This document shows positions 44,283 through 54,226 of a DNA stretch of 64,000 nt, one piece after another. This DNA is from Candidatus Zixiibacteriota bacterium (GTDB lineage: Bacteria > Zixibacteria > MSB-5A5 > GN15 > FEB-12), in contig JAGNLV010000001.1 in assembly GCA_017999435.1 (NCBI GenBank), positions 1,022,746 through 1,086,745 on the forward strand. Reading direction: 5' to 3'. Position 1 is the stretch's first letter; every line of letters begins with the position of its first letter. Position numbers and translations under genes: made by a program. The notes beneath the pieces were generated by a model that saw nothing but the letters and a program-made list of their open reading frames with translations, searched no databases and was not told the origin of the DNA.

Positions 44283-44852
44283 ATGCCGAACGTTCTGCCG
44301 CGCAACACCCGGGCCGTGCTCGGCGCCGTTCTCCTGGCCGCCCTTCTCGGCGCCGCCTGCACCAGCCGCTACCGCATGGAGCTCTACTACCTCGCCGACG
44401 CCGAGCGGTCGCGCATCGACGTCGAGCAGGCTCTCTTCACGCCGGCGACCCGCCTGAATGATCCGCTCGCCGTCCCCGACATCGTCAGCGGCGAGGGGAG
44501 CACAGCCGTGATCACGGTCGGCAAACGGGGCGAACGATACCCGGGTACCGGCGCCTACCGGGCCCTCTCGTTCGACCAGTACCTGCAGTACCGCATCTAC
44601 CTGGAGTTGCCGAGCCCTCCCTGGGACGGCCTTCCCGACACGATCCCGGTCGTCGGCCGATCCTACGTGCGCCTCATGCGGTTCTACGAGCGGCCCCCGG
44701 CCGAGCGCACCTACGGGCCGGAGACCGGCGCGTTCGTGATCGACTCGGTGCGCGGCAGCAGCCTCTACGGCACGTTCGACGGCGCTCAGTGGGTCAACGG
44801 CGCCGGCCACCGCGTCGGCTTCGAGGGCCGCGTCAAGATGCGTGTGAAGTAG
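44283..44852 (+). CDS. lipoprotein, unknown function
   Basis: Lipobox in MPNVLPRNTRAVLGAVLLAALLGAAC. Confidence 0.65.
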   Translation: MPNVLPRNTRAVLGAVLLAALLGAACTSRYRMELYYLADAERSRIDVEQALFTPATRLNDPLAVPDIVSGEGSTAVITVGKRGERYPGTGAYRALSFDQYLQYRIYLELPSPPWDGLPDTIPVVGRSYVRLMRFYERPPAERTYGPETGAFVIDSVRGSSLYGTFDGAQWVNGAGHRVGFEGRVKMRVK

Positions 44853-44873
44853 AGCGCGGCGGTCCCGCCGTGC

Positions 44874-45395
44874 TCACCGGTGTGCCTCCGCCGCCTTCAG
44901 AAACGCCCGGTACCCGAGTTCATCGTACAGGCAGAAGACCACGCGCTCGAGGTGCCGCGCCTCGGTGCGGAAGCCGCGGGCTGCTTTGACCATGATGTTC
45001 GCGCAGGCGGTCATGGGGAATCCCCCCACGCCTGTCCCGAAGGCCGGCAGCGCCACCGACTTGAGCTGCAGGCGGTCGGCCAGGTTCAGGCTCGCGATGG
45101 TCGCCTGGCGGATGTAGCGGTCGTTTGTCCTGAGATCCTGCCCCATCACCGCGGCGTGGATGACATACTTGTAGCGCAGCCGCCCGGCGGTGGTCGCCAC
45201 CGCCTGGCCGGGCGGGATCGGTCCCTTCGCGATCGCCTCCTGCTCGACCGATTCTCCGCCGGCCGCCTTGATCGCCCCGGCAACGCCCGCTCCCATCCAG
45301 AGCTTCGTGTTGGCGGCGTTCACGATCGCTTCGGCCAGAGCCTCGACGATGTTCCCTTTCACGATCTCGACCGTGAACGCTTGATTTTCGGTCAT
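44874..45395 (-). CDS. macro-domain protein (ADP-ribose / O-acetyl-ADP-ribose binding or hydrolase)
   Basis: ATG 45395 overlaps the upstream stop (ATGA). IVNAANTKLWMGAGVAGAIKAAGG...ALPAFGTGVGGFP. Confidence 0.85.
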   Translation of the reverse strand: MTENQAFTVEIVKGNIVEALAEAIVNAANTKLWMGAGVAGAIKAAGGESVEQEAIAKGPIPPGQAVATTAGRLRYKYVIHAAVMGQDLRTNDRYIRQATIASLNLADRLQLKSVALPAFGTGVGGFPMTACANIMVKAARGFRTEARHLERVVFCLYDELGYRAFLKAAEAHR

Positions 45396-46006
45396 CACTC
45401 CCTCGCTTTCTTCCCATCGGCCGATTCGTTGGGCGGGATGCAGCCCGGCCGGGCGCGCCGCTCGGCCATCCTCGTTTCGACCCAGCGGTATCCCTGGGCC
45501 GCCGCCGTCCCGATCGCCGCTCCGAGGAGCGTCCCCACGGCGACGTCCCCGACATAGTGGACGCCGACGAAGACGCGGCTGAGTGCGATCACCGCCGCGA
45601 GGGCGAGCAGCAGCCACCGCCACCGGGGCGCGGCCAGCGCAAACAGGGCCGCCTGTCCGAACGCATTGGCGGCGTGCGAGGAGGGCATGGCTTTGCCGCC
45701 CCCGCAGGCGACGAGCAGGTGAATGTCGGTCAGCGCCTGGCACGGCCGGGGCCGCGCGATGAGCGGTTTGAGCACCGCCGAGGATAACTGGTCGGTGAGC
45801 ACGAGCGCGGCCGCCGAAAAGAGCACCACCCGGCGCACGCGGGCGTCGCCGCGCAGCAGCAGGATCACCATCGCCGCCCCATACCCCACCCGCAGCAGCA
45901 CGTCGGAGGTCACCACCGGCATCAGGAGGTCGGTCACCGGGTTCGCCAGCGTCATGTTGACGAACAAGAAGAGCGCCCGGTCGACGGCGTTCAGCGTCTC
46001 AAGCAT
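45395..46006 (-). CDS. PAP2-family phosphatase (undecaprenyl-diphosphatase-like)
   Basis: ATG 46006 overlaps the upstream gene by 8 nt. PAP2 motifs: KPLIARPRP, PSSH and SRVFVGVHYVGD. Confidence 0.8.
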   Translation of the reverse strand: MLETLNAVDRALFLFVNMTLANPVTDLLMPVVTSDVLLRVGYGAAMVILLLRGDARVRRVVLFSAAALVLTDQLSSAVLKPLIARPRPCQALTDIHLLVACGGGKAMPSSHAANAFGQAALFALAAPRWRWLLLALAAVIALSRVFVGVHYVGDVAVGTLLGAAIGTAAAQGYRWVETRMAERRARPGCIPPNESADGKKARE

Positions 46007-46883
46007 ACGTCTCCGGCGGCCGCTGGAGGAATTTCCGCAGTTGGGACAGGGTGGGCATCCCGCCGCGCGCTCCCGGCCTCGTGCACTTGAGAGCCGCCGC
46101 CGCGCTCCCCAGGCGCAGCCGCTCGGCCATGTCCTTCCCCCGCAGCAAACCGTACAGGTACCCCGCGTGGAACGCATCCCCCGCCCCGGTGGTATCCACC
46201 GCCTCGATCCGGTACGCGGGGTGGTGGCTGCGGCGTCCCGCCTCCAGTCCTGTCGCGCCGCGGATTCCCTCCGTGATCACGACCGTCCCCCCGCAGATTT
46301 CGGCCAGTCGCGCCAGCGCCCGGGGCGTCTCCCGCTCGCCGGTGTAGGGCAGCGCCCACGAATCGGCGACCACGAGGTGATCCACGAGCGGCAGCACCGG
46401 CGTGACATCGTTGCGCATCGATCCGATATCGAAAGTCACCGTCGCCCCCGCCCGCTTTCCCCACCGGGCCAGCCGCACCGTCGCCTCGATATCCCGCCCG
46501 TCGAGATGCAATACCCGGGGGACCGGGTAGTGCGAGAGTCTGAGATCCCTCGGCTCGATGAAGATCCGGCGGTGGAGAACAATTGTCCGCCGTCCGTCGG
46601 GCTCGATGAACCCGTACGCCGTGGCCGACGGCGTGCGTTTCTTGACGATCATGTGGGCGGTCTCCACGCCCTCCCGGGCCAGTTCGGCCAGCAACACCTG
46701 TCCCGGGTGATCATCGCCAATCGCCGCGATCACTGCCGTCCGACAGCCCATGCGCGCCAGACCGACCATCGCATTCGGCACCGGCCCGCCCCCCTGCACC
46801 GTCATGTGCGTCGCATCGGCTTTCCCCCCGAGTTCGGGGAACCGCGGAATAGCCGCGAGGTAATCCAGCGGGATGATCCCCAT
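45999..46883 (-). CDS. PfkB-family carbohydrate/nucleoside kinase
   Basis: DTTGAGDAFHAGYLYG signature plus ribokinase-like N-terminal GIIPLDYL. The start at ATG 46883 is uncertain (weak RBS). Confidence 0.75.
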   Translation of the reverse strand: MGIIPLDYLAAIPRFPELGGKADATHMTVQGGGPVPNAMVGLARMGCRTAVIAAIGDDHPGQVLLAELAREGVETAHMIVKKRTPSATAYGFIEPDGRRTIVLHRRIFIEPRDLRLSHYPVPRVLHLDGRDIEATVRLARWGKRAGATVTFDIGSMRNDVTPVLPLVDHLVVADSWALPYTGERETPRALARLAEICGGTVVITEGIRGATGLEAGRRSHHPAYRIEAVDTTGAGDAFHAGYLYGLLRGKDMAERLRLGSAAAALKCTRPGARGGMPTLSQLRKFLQRPPETYA

Positions 46884-46893
46884 CCCGAGGGCA

Positions 46894-47526
46894 TCAAGCG
46901 GTGTCGTCGTCGTCTGCCGCAATGGTTGCTTTGCCTCCGGATATTTGCACGATGTCGCGGCGGAGCGCCACCGCCCTTGACCGGCGCACGGCGATGACGA
47001 GCCGGACGCGGTCGGTGAACTCGGCCTCAACCTGCTGCGCCTCGTGCTGGTGCATGGCCTTGGCCACGAGGTCGTACAGGGGGAACTCAATCCCCACTTC
47101 GAGGCGCTCCGTAAGATAGTTCGCCCGTGTTCCCGCCGCGTCGAGCGCGCCGGCGGCCGTCTCGCTGTACGCCCGCGCCAGTCCCCCGGGGCCGAGTTTG
47201 GTCCCGCCGAAGTAGCGGGTCACGACCACGATCGTGTTGGCCAGCCCCCGCCCGATTACGGCGTCGTAGATCGGCCGCCCGGCTGTTCCCGACGGCTCGC
47301 CGTCGTCCGAGTACTTGAACATCGCCCCCTCGCTCAGCCCGACCGTGTAGGCGAAGCAGTGGTGGGTGGCGGCGTGCTCCCGCCGGCGGATCCCCGCGAG
47401 GAACTCCAGCGCGGCCGAGGGTGTTCCCGCTTCCGCACACTCGCCGATGAACCGCGAGGCTTTGACCTTGATCTCATGCCGCGCCGGCCGGGCGATCGTA
47501 TGGTAGACGTCCTCCATGCGGTTCAC
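46894..47526 (-). CDS. yigZ: IMPACT/YigZ-family protein (UPF0029)
   Basis: KASRFIGE...ATHHCFAY...DDGEPSGTAGRPI...VVVTRYFGGTKLGPGGLARAY. Confidence 0.85.
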   Translation of the reverse strand: MNRMEDVYHTIARPARHEIKVKASRFIGECAEAGTPSAALEFLAGIRRREHAATHHCFAYTVGLSEGAMFKYSDDGEPSGTAGRPIYDAVIGRGLANTIVVVTRYFGGTKLGPGGLARAYSETAAGALDAAGTRANYLTERLEVGIEFPLYDLVAKAMHQHEAQQVEAEFTDRVRLVIAVRRSRAVALRRDIVQISGGKATIAADDDDTA

Positions 47527-48431
47527 ACGAGGGCGGCGATGATCTGGTCCGCCTGCTCCGGAGAGTCCAGCGGCACCGCCCCATACTCGGTCAGCCGGTC
47601 CATCGCCGCCGAGTCCGACAGCGGACCGAGCCGGTGGTGCGCCACGATGAACACCAGCTTGCCGATCTGGCTGCAGAACTCGACCAGGTCGAGGGCCTCC
47701 CGGGAATCGGCGTAGATCTCGGTCACGACCACGGCGTTGCTCAGGCCGGCGAGGAGGCGGTTGGCCGCGGCGAAACCGCCCTGCTCGTGCCCCTGGTCCG
47801 GGGCGAGTTCCGACAGGACGCCTCCTCCGCGCAAGGCGTCGATCGCCACCGGCAGTTGCTCGGCGGCGTCGATCCGGTCGAGCCCCGATTCGATCACCGC
47901 AAACGATCCCTGCTCCGCCGCCCGCGCGCCGAGATGGGCGGCGGCATCGATCCCCCGGCGCAGCGACGCCACGACCTGGACGCCGTCCGCCGCGAACCGC
48001 CGCGCCAGATCGACCGTCAGTTCGATCCCCTCTGCCGTGGCATCCGAGGCTCCCGCGAGCGTAACGGCCTTCCGATCATTCGCCGGCAGACTTCCCCGCA
48101 CGTAGAGCAGCGGCGGCGGGTCGTTGAGTTCCTCGAACCGCCGGGGATACTCGGCATCGAGGCGCGTCACAATGCGGATGTCGCGCTCGCGCAGACGGTC
48201 GTACTCGGCCTGCGCCTCGCCCAGATGGGTCTCGGCCTGCCGGATCTGTTCCGCCCGGTCGTCCTCCAGGTCGTCAATCGCGTGCAGCGAGGACGCCGAC
48301 ACCGCGAAGATCGCATCGAGGCTGCCGAACCGCCCCATCAGGAGGTCAAACAACCGGGGTCCCACCCCGGCGTAGCGGCAGAGGGCGAGGACTCTCACGG
48401 CCTGGTTGTATCCGGGAATATGTTCTTCCAT
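47523..48431 (-). CDS. dprA: DNA-processing protein DprA/Smf-like
   Basis: Follows the DprA Rossmann-like pattern ...VTLAGASDAT...VVASLRRGIDAAAH...FAAANRLLAGLSNAVVVTE.... Several canonical residues diverge. Confidence 0.7.
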   Translation of the reverse strand: MEEHIPGYNQAVRVLALCRYAGVGPRLFDLLMGRFGSLDAIFAVSASSLHAIDDLEDDRAEQIRQAETHLGEAQAEYDRLRERDIRIVTRLDAEYPRRFEELNDPPPLLYVRGSLPANDRKAVTLAGASDATAEGIELTVDLARRFAADGVQVVASLRRGIDAAAHLGARAAEQGSFAVIESGLDRIDAAEQLPVAIDALRGGGVLSELAPDQGHEQGGFAAANRLLAGLSNAVVVTEIYADSREALDLVEFCSQIGKLVFIVAHHRLGPLSDSAAMDRLTEYGAVPLDSPEQADQIIAALV

Positions 48432-48439
48432 GTTCCAAG

Positions 48440-50017
48440 CTACGGCCGCGTGCGGGCAATGTCAACGGCCGCGTCCGGCGCGCCGGTCCGGGATCGCTCG
48501 CCCGCCATCAGATACCCCATGCGCTCGGCCATCTTTCGCGCGCCGTCCGCCGCGGGCCCCGTCTCGGCCAGGGAGAGGTAGTAGTACAGGGCCGCCTGGT
48601 CGGGGTCCTCGTGCAGCGCCGTCCGGAGCAGCCGGGCGGCGGCGGCCCGCCGCCCCGCCGCCAGCAGACCGACGGCGTCGGCCGCCTGCAGGAACGACGT
48701 CCGCCCGACCGCCTCGCGAAGCCGCTTCCGGTCGGCCGGGTGGTCGATCCCGGACAGGAACTGGTGGAAGAAGCCGGGGTAGTCCGCCACCCCGTAGGCC
48801 GTGGAATCGAGCACGCGCGCCACCGTAGCGAGGTATTCGGCGGGGTCGTCAAACCGTAACCGGCCGGTCAGGGCCGCGCCGATGATCTTCTCATTGACCC
48901 GGTCAAAGGCCGCCGCGTTCACCCAGTTCGCGCCGTGCGCCATGACCGAGTTGACATCGGACACGTGAATCCCTCCCAGGGCGTGGCCGATCTCGTGCAG
49001 CAGCGTCAGCGCATTCGCCATCGCCTGCCACAGCGTGTCTCCCGGCGCCGCCGCCGGCAGCAAGTCCATGTACACGCGCCGCCGGCCAAGCTGGGCCATG
49101 CCGATCTCCTCCCGCACTCCGCCGCCGAAGTATTGCTCGCGCGAGAGCATCCGGTGGAAAGCGACGGCCAGCGTGTCGGCGGAGACGGACACGGCCCGGC
49201 GAAATTCGGGGTACCCGGCCGCCAGCGATCCTTCATCGGCGGCGTTCTCCGGCAGAGGCGCCGCCGAGACGATGCGCAAGGCGACGCCGAACTGGGCGGC
49301 GAGGTGTGTCGAGGCGAGGTCGACGATCCGGCGGATGAGCGCCATTGCCGCGCCCGAATCGGCCGCCAGCTCTTTCCCGAGGTAGACTTTCACCGGCGCG
49401 GTCGCGCGGAGGGCGCGGGCCAGGGGTTCGGCCGGGGGAAGCTCATCCCCGATCTGCGCGACCAGCCGCTGCACCACACGTTCGTAGGGCTCGCCGGCAA
49501 GCGTGCGGCCGGGGCGGCGGCGGGCGTTCGGGTCCGGCCGCCCCGCCGCGGCCGCAGTTCCCCCGGCTGCCACCTCCCAGCCGTGCGCGGTGAGCTGCCG
49601 CCGTTCGTACGCGGCCTCGATTTGGAGGCAGTCCTCGACCACCGCTTTGTACCGTCGCCGGTGGGCGTCGCGGATTTCACCCGTCCGCTCCCCCGCCCGC
49701 CCGCGCCAGCGGACCACCAGCACCTCTCTCACCCCTTCCCCGGCCAGCGAGTCCAGGAGACCGCGGTCCTCCGCCGGCGTCTCCCGCAGGGTCACCGTCA
49801 CCCCGCGCCCGGTCATGGCGGCCAGGTGCGCGAGGTGGTTGGCCAGCGACCGCCCGAGCCGGTCGGCGAGCGCCGCCGGCTGATCGGCGGTGCTCTCCGT
49901 ATCCATCGGCGCCACCACCGCCACCGGCGCCTGGACTTTCGGATGGCTGCTGTCGACCGCCTGCACGGGGGAAGACGCGAGCAGCACCGACAGGAAAAGG
50001 GCGGGACGAGGGACCAT
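48440..50017 (-). CDS. secreted putative zinc metalloprotease (metzincin-type HEXXHXXGXXH motif)
   Basis: ATG 50017 gives the signal peptide MVPRPALFLSVLLASSPVQA. Zinc motif LLHEIGHALGGIHVSD. The rest has no recognised family. Confidence 0.6.
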   Translation of the reverse strand: MVPRPALFLSVLLASSPVQAVDSSHPKVQAPVAVVAPMDTESTADQPAALADRLGRSLANHLAHLAAMTGRGVTVTLRETPAEDRGLLDSLAGEGVREVLVVRWRGRAGERTGEIRDAHRRRYKAVVEDCLQIEAAYERRQLTAHGWEVAAGGTAAAAGRPDPNARRRPGRTLAGEPYERVVQRLVAQIGDELPPAEPLARALRATAPVKVYLGKELAADSGAAMALIRRIVDLASTHLAAQFGVALRIVSAAPLPENAADEGSLAAGYPEFRRAVSVSADTLAVAFHRMLSREQYFGGGVREEIGMAQLGRRRVYMDLLPAAAPGDTLWQAMANALTLLHEIGHALGGIHVSDVNSVMAHGANWVNAAAFDRVNEKIIGAALTGRLRFDDPAEYLATVARVLDSTAYGVADYPGFFHQFLSGIDHPADRKRLREAVGRTSFLQAADAVGLLAAGRRAAAARLLRTALHEDPDQAALYYYLSLAETGPAADGARKMAERMGYLMAGERSRTGAPDAAVDIARTRP

Positions 50018-50100
50018 AGGGCATATATTACGGCCGGAGGGCTTGAAATTCAAGCCGCGTGTTCCTATCATATGCGCGAACCGACAGCCTGAGAGGATCT

Positions 50101-50949
50101 ATGCTGCGACTGCTCCCGATCGTCCTGGCCGCCCTCCTGATCGCCGGCTGCGGCGGCGAACCCAAGACGGAGGCCGAGCTTCGCGAGGCCGGGAAGAAAG
50201 CCTTCGTCAAGGAGGATTTCGCCAAAGCCCGCGACTACCTCGGCCGGCTCGTCCGCCTCCATCCCTCCGACCGCGACGCGCTCTATTTCCTCGGGATGGC
50301 CTACTCGAAAGACCTCAAGTATGATTCGGCCCTCTACTACCTCGAGCGCGTCAACACTCTCTACGAGGACGACCGGGAGGCGAATCTCGAGCTCTACCGG
50401 ATCGGCATGCTCACGCAGGATGCGAAGGTTGCCAAGGATGCCATCGGCGCCCTCATCCGCACGGGCGACCCGGCCGACATGTATTACGAGGACCTGGCCC
50501 GGTTGAGCCTGATGCTCAAGCAGTATGCGCTCGCGACCCGCTATTTTCGCATCCTGCTCGAGCGCGAGCCCGATCAGCCGCAGCGCTATCTCGACGCCGC
50601 CAACGCCGTCGCCGGGCTCGACTCCCTCGCCGTGGCGGTTGCTCTCCTCGACTCCGCGGCGGCCCGTTTCGGCGCGCGGCCGGAGTTCCTGCTCAACAAA
50701 TCGCTCTACCTGACCGCCCAGGAGAAGTACGGGGAGAGCGAGGCGATCATCCGCGGGCTCATCGCCGCCGACACCGGCAATCTCGGGTACAAGGTCAACC
50801 TCGCCCACGTCCTCTCGTCGACTGACAGCGAGGCGAAGCGGCGCGAGGCCTACGCGCTCTACCACGACCTGAAGGGCCGGGTCGACGCCCGATTCGCGGT
50901 CGATTCCCTGATGGCGGATCTCGCCCGGAAGCTCGACAGCGCGCAGTGA
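50101..50949 (+). CDS. TPR-repeat lipoprotein
   Basis: ATG 50101 after GAGAGG. Lipobox MLRLLPIVLAALLIAGC. TPR-like repeats. Confidence 0.8.
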   Translation: MLRLLPIVLAALLIAGCGGEPKTEAELREAGKKAFVKEDFAKARDYLGRLVRLHPSDRDALYFLGMAYSKDLKYDSALYYLERVNTLYEDDREANLELYRIGMLTQDAKVAKDAIGALIRTGDPADMYYEDLARLSLMLKQYALATRYFRILLEREPDQPQRYLDAANAVAGLDSLAVAVALLDSAAARFGARPEFLLNKSLYLTAQEKYGESEAIIRGLIAADTGNLGYKVNLAHVLSSTDSEAKRREAYALYHDLKGRVDARFAVDSLMADLARKLDSAQ

Positions 50950-50972
50950 CCGTGCGCGGGCCGCGCCCGGCC

Positions 50973-51003
50973 AAAAAAAGGGCCGGCGGATGAACCGCCG
51001 GCC
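50973..51003 (-). terminator. rho-independent terminator after secF
   Basis: Minus strand reads GGCCGGCGG TTCAT CCGCCGGCC(C) followed by TTTTTTT. Lies 20 nt after the secF stop. Confidence 0.75.
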
Positions 51004-51023
51004 GCTGCCAGAAGATCAGCTTC

Positions 51024-51950
51024 TCATTTGAAGCGCTTGGGTCGGCGGGCCTCCCATTCGACCACGATCGGGCTGGCCACGAACCAGGAGCTGTATGTCC
51101 CGACGATAATCCCCAGCACCATCGCCACCGAGAACGTCCGGAGCACCTCGCCGCCGAAGATGGTGAGGGCGAGAATTGACACGAGCGTTGTGCCGCCGGT
51201 GTTGATCGTCCGCGAGATGATCTCGTTGATCGACCGGTTGACGGCGCCGGCGAACTCCCCTTTGGTCCGCCACTTCTTGAGATTCTCCCGGATCCGGTCG
51301 AACACGACCACCGTGTCGGTCAGCGAATACCCCGCCAGCGTCAGCAGCGCCGTCACCAGCAGGAGGTCGAATTCGAAACCGAGCAGGAGCATGATCCCCA
51401 GAACCGCCAGGACGTCGTGGAAGGTAGCGACGGCTGCGGCCACGCCGAACCGGAAGTCGAAGCGGATCCAGATGTAGACGAGGATGCCCAAAAGCGACAG
51501 GAGCACCGCTTTCTGGGTATCGCTGCGGAGCGATTCTCCGACGGCCGGGCCGATGATGTGTTCGGACACTTTCTCGAACGAGTTGTCGGTGAAACGCTGC
51601 CGGATCGCCCCCTCGATGGCCGTGAGCCGCTGCTGTCCCTCTCCTTCCACGGTCGGTCGCTTGGTCTTGAGGATGAAAGCGTTCGGCTTTTCGAAATTCT
51701 GCAACTGGGTGATCTGGGCATCAGGCGCGGCCGAGCTCACTGCCATCCGCAGGTCCTCGATCGCGACCGGCTTTTCGAACGCGGCGTAGATCATCGTCCC
51801 GCCGGCGAAATCGATTCCCAGGTCGGCCTTGCCCGTCCAGACCAGGACCGTGGCGAACAGGCCGCCGATCACCAGCACGATGGAGATCGCGAAGGCGATC
51901 TTCCGCGCGCCGATGAAGTTGATGTTGGTCTCGGGTACTATTGTGAACAT
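51024..51950 (-). CDS. secF: protein-export membrane protein SecF
   Basis: NINFIGARKIAFAISIVLVIGG...GIDFAGGT...SLTDTVVVFDRIREN.... Confidence 0.95.
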   Translation of the reverse strand: MFTIVPETNINFIGARKIAFAISIVLVIGGLFATVLVWTGKADLGIDFAGGTMIYAAFEKPVAIEDLRMAVSSAAPDAQITQLQNFEKPNAFILKTKRPTVEGEGQQRLTAIEGAIRQRFTDNSFEKVSEHIIGPAVGESLRSDTQKAVLLSLLGILVYIWIRFDFRFGVAAAVATFHDVLAVLGIMLLLGFEFDLLLVTALLTLAGYSLTDTVVVFDRIRENLKKWRTKGEFAGAVNRSINEIISRTINTGGTTLVSILALTIFGGEVLRTFSVAMVLGIIVGTYSSWFVASPIVVEWEARRPKRFK

Positions 51951-51969
51951 GTCGTCTTCTCTCTCCGTT

Positions 51970-53694
51970 CTAGATGCTCAGCGACCGGTACGATTTGCGA
52001 ATGTCGAAGATCTGCTTGGTCACCACGTAGGCGGTGTAGAGCGAGATCGCCACACCCCAGAACAGCGTGACCGCAAATCCCTTGATCGAGCCCGACCCGA
52101 GCAGGAACAGCGCTCCGGCCGTGATGAGCGTCGTCACGTGCGAGTCGAAAATGGCGACGAAGGCGCGGTCATAGCCCGCCTCGATGGCCGCCCGCACCGT
52201 CTTCCCCGTGCGCAGCTCCTCGCGGATGCGCTCGAAGATCAGAATGTTCGAGTCCACCGCGATACCCATCGTGAGGATGATACCCGCGATCCCGGGCATC
52301 GTGAGGGTCGCGCTCAGCCCGGCCATCACGGCCAGCAGGAAGAAGATGTTGAAGAGCAGGCCGATGTCGGCGATCAGCCCCGAGATCCGGTAGTAGACGG
52401 CCATGTACAACAGCACCAGGCACAGCCCCAGCAGGGCCGAGTAGAACCCTTTGCGGATCGAGTCGGCGCCGAGGGTCGCCCCCACGACGTTTTTCTCGAT
52501 GATGTTCACCGGGGCCGGCAGCGCGCCCGCCTTGAGCACGATCTCGAGGTTCTGGGCATCCTTTATCGACGCTCCCCCGCCCATCGTGATCTGCCCGTTG
52601 GTGCGGATTTTGCTGTTGATGATCGGGGCGGACTCCACGCGGTTGTCCAGCACGATCGCGAGCGGCTTGCCGATATTCGCGCCGGTCAACTGCGCGAACC
52701 GGGCCGAGCCGTCACCCGACAGCGAGAAATCAACGGTGTACTCGCCGTACTGGCCCTGGCCGAGGCGGATGTTCTCCAGAAACCTGCCCAAAAACTGCAC
52801 CTTCCGCTTCAGCAGGTACAGCGTGTAGACCTCGCGCGACTCCCGAATCTCCGACCGGGTCGACCACGCCCACTGCACGTCGATCGGCATGAGCGCCTGA
52901 ACCTCCGGGAGGCCGATCCACCGGTCGATTCTCTCCTTCTGATCCTTGGCCACGTAGAACCCCGGCCAGCCCTCGCCGCTCTGCGAGGAGTACAGCGCCG
53001 GCGACAGCCGCGAGGACAGCGGTTTCTCGTTCTCCGCGTCGGCCGTGTTCTCATCGAACGCGAACGGATCCTCGGTCGTGTCCTTCGTTGCGGAATCCCC
53101 CATCAGTTCGGCCATGACGTCCGGCTCCTGGGCCGCCGAATCGGCCGTGGGAGCGGTCGGCGCAGGCTCGCCCGGAGTTTCCGGCGCCGCCCCGGCCTTC
53201 GCCTTCTCATAGCCGAAAACGGCCGAGTCGATCTTGGTCAGGAGGAGCTGCGCGTTGTCCATTGTCTCCAGGAGCTTGAACTCCAGCAGCGCCGTCTGCC
53301 CGATGAGCTCCTCCGCCCGGTTGGCGTCGGTGTAACCGGGGAGGTCGACGATGATGCGATCGGTCCCCTGTTTCTGAATGGTCGGCTCGGCCACCCCCAG
53401 GCCGTCGACACGGTTGCGGATAATCGCGATCGCCCGATCCACCGCACCGTCGCGCTCGGCCGGGGCCAGCTCCGCCATGTCGACGCGGAGCACGACGTGT
53501 ATTCCTCCCTGGAGGTCGAGGCCCAGCCGGATCGCTTTCTGCTGCAATTTCAGCAGCTCGCCCGGTTGTTCCTCCTGCATCCGCGCCTTCTCGGCGTCGC
53601 TCATGGTCCAGAGGCTGAACGTGTGCCAGAAGGCGAAGAGGGCCGCGACCACGAGCACCAGGGTCAGGCCGATACGCCAGTTGTTTTTGGACAT
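51970..53694 (-). CDS. secD: protein-export membrane protein SecD
   Basis: ...LGLDLQGGIHVVL...GIAGIILTMGIAVDSNILIFERIREE.... Confidence 0.95.
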   Translation of the reverse strand: MSKNNWRIGLTLVLVVAALFAFWHTFSLWTMSDAEKARMQEEQPGELLKLQQKAIRLGLDLQGGIHVVLRVDMAELAPAERDGAVDRAIAIIRNRVDGLGVAEPTIQKQGTDRIIVDLPGYTDANRAEELIGQTALLEFKLLETMDNAQLLLTKIDSAVFGYEKAKAGAAPETPGEPAPTAPTADSAAQEPDVMAELMGDSATKDTTEDPFAFDENTADAENEKPLSSRLSPALYSSQSGEGWPGFYVAKDQKERIDRWIGLPEVQALMPIDVQWAWSTRSEIRESREVYTLYLLKRKVQFLGRFLENIRLGQGQYGEYTVDFSLSGDGSARFAQLTGANIGKPLAIVLDNRVESAPIINSKIRTNGQITMGGGASIKDAQNLEIVLKAGALPAPVNIIEKNVVGATLGADSIRKGFYSALLGLCLVLLYMAVYYRISGLIADIGLLFNIFFLLAVMAGLSATLTMPGIAGIILTMGIAVDSNILIFERIREELRTGKTVRAAIEAGYDRAFVAIFDSHVTTLITAGALFLLGSGSIKGFAVTLFWGVAISLYTAYVVTKQIFDIRKSYRSLSI

Positions 53695-53781
53695 ACTGTT
53701 TCCCTTTCAGTCTTTTATCAGCACGTTCGAGAAATGTCGGAACTGCGGTCGGCGCCGGCAGAGCGGCGCGGGGACGGGCGG

Positions 53782-54216
53782 TCAGCCCGTGCCGGAGGGT
53801 TTGGCGCCGACCAGCGTGAACTGGCGGCCCAGAAGAGGGTGCACCGCGGCGGTCGAAGTGCAGGGGGAGGTGCGGTCGCGCACTTCGCCCGCCCGGCGGC
53901 AGGTGTGAAAATACGCCCGGTCGGCGGCCGCCGGACGCTTGTCTGAGTTGTCGGTCTTGATGATGAGCGGGAGGATGAGATGGTCCGAGGGTTCCCCCGG
54001 CGGCTGCCCGTTCGGGGTCATGCTCTGCTGCCCCCCGTGGCCCGCCGGGGGGTAGGTGCAGGCGTACCCGTCGCCCGGCCCCTCCCAGTCGGTCCCCGCC
54101 GACCAAGTTATCCCGGCGACAAACAGGCCCGTGCCGCCGATAATCAGAAAGACCAGCCCGGTGAGGCCGGTCCGGGCGCTCCGGCGGAGCAGTTCTATCC
54201 GGTCCCGTTTCGTCAT
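53782..54216 (-). CDS. membrane-anchored hypothetical protein
   Basis: MTKRDRIELLRRSARTGLTGLVFLIIGGTGLFVAGITW (one TM). Has a good promoter directly upstream. Occupies the position where yajC often sits but is not YajC-like. Confidence 0.5.
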   Translation of the reverse strand: MTKRDRIELLRRSARTGLTGLVFLIIGGTGLFVAGITWSAGTDWEGPGDGYACTYPPAGHGGQQSMTPNGQPPGEPSDHLILPLIIKTDNSDKRPAAADRAYFHTCRRAGEVRDRTSPCTSTAAVHPLLGRQFTLVGAKPSGTG

Positions 54217-54226
54217 AAGTTGCGTG

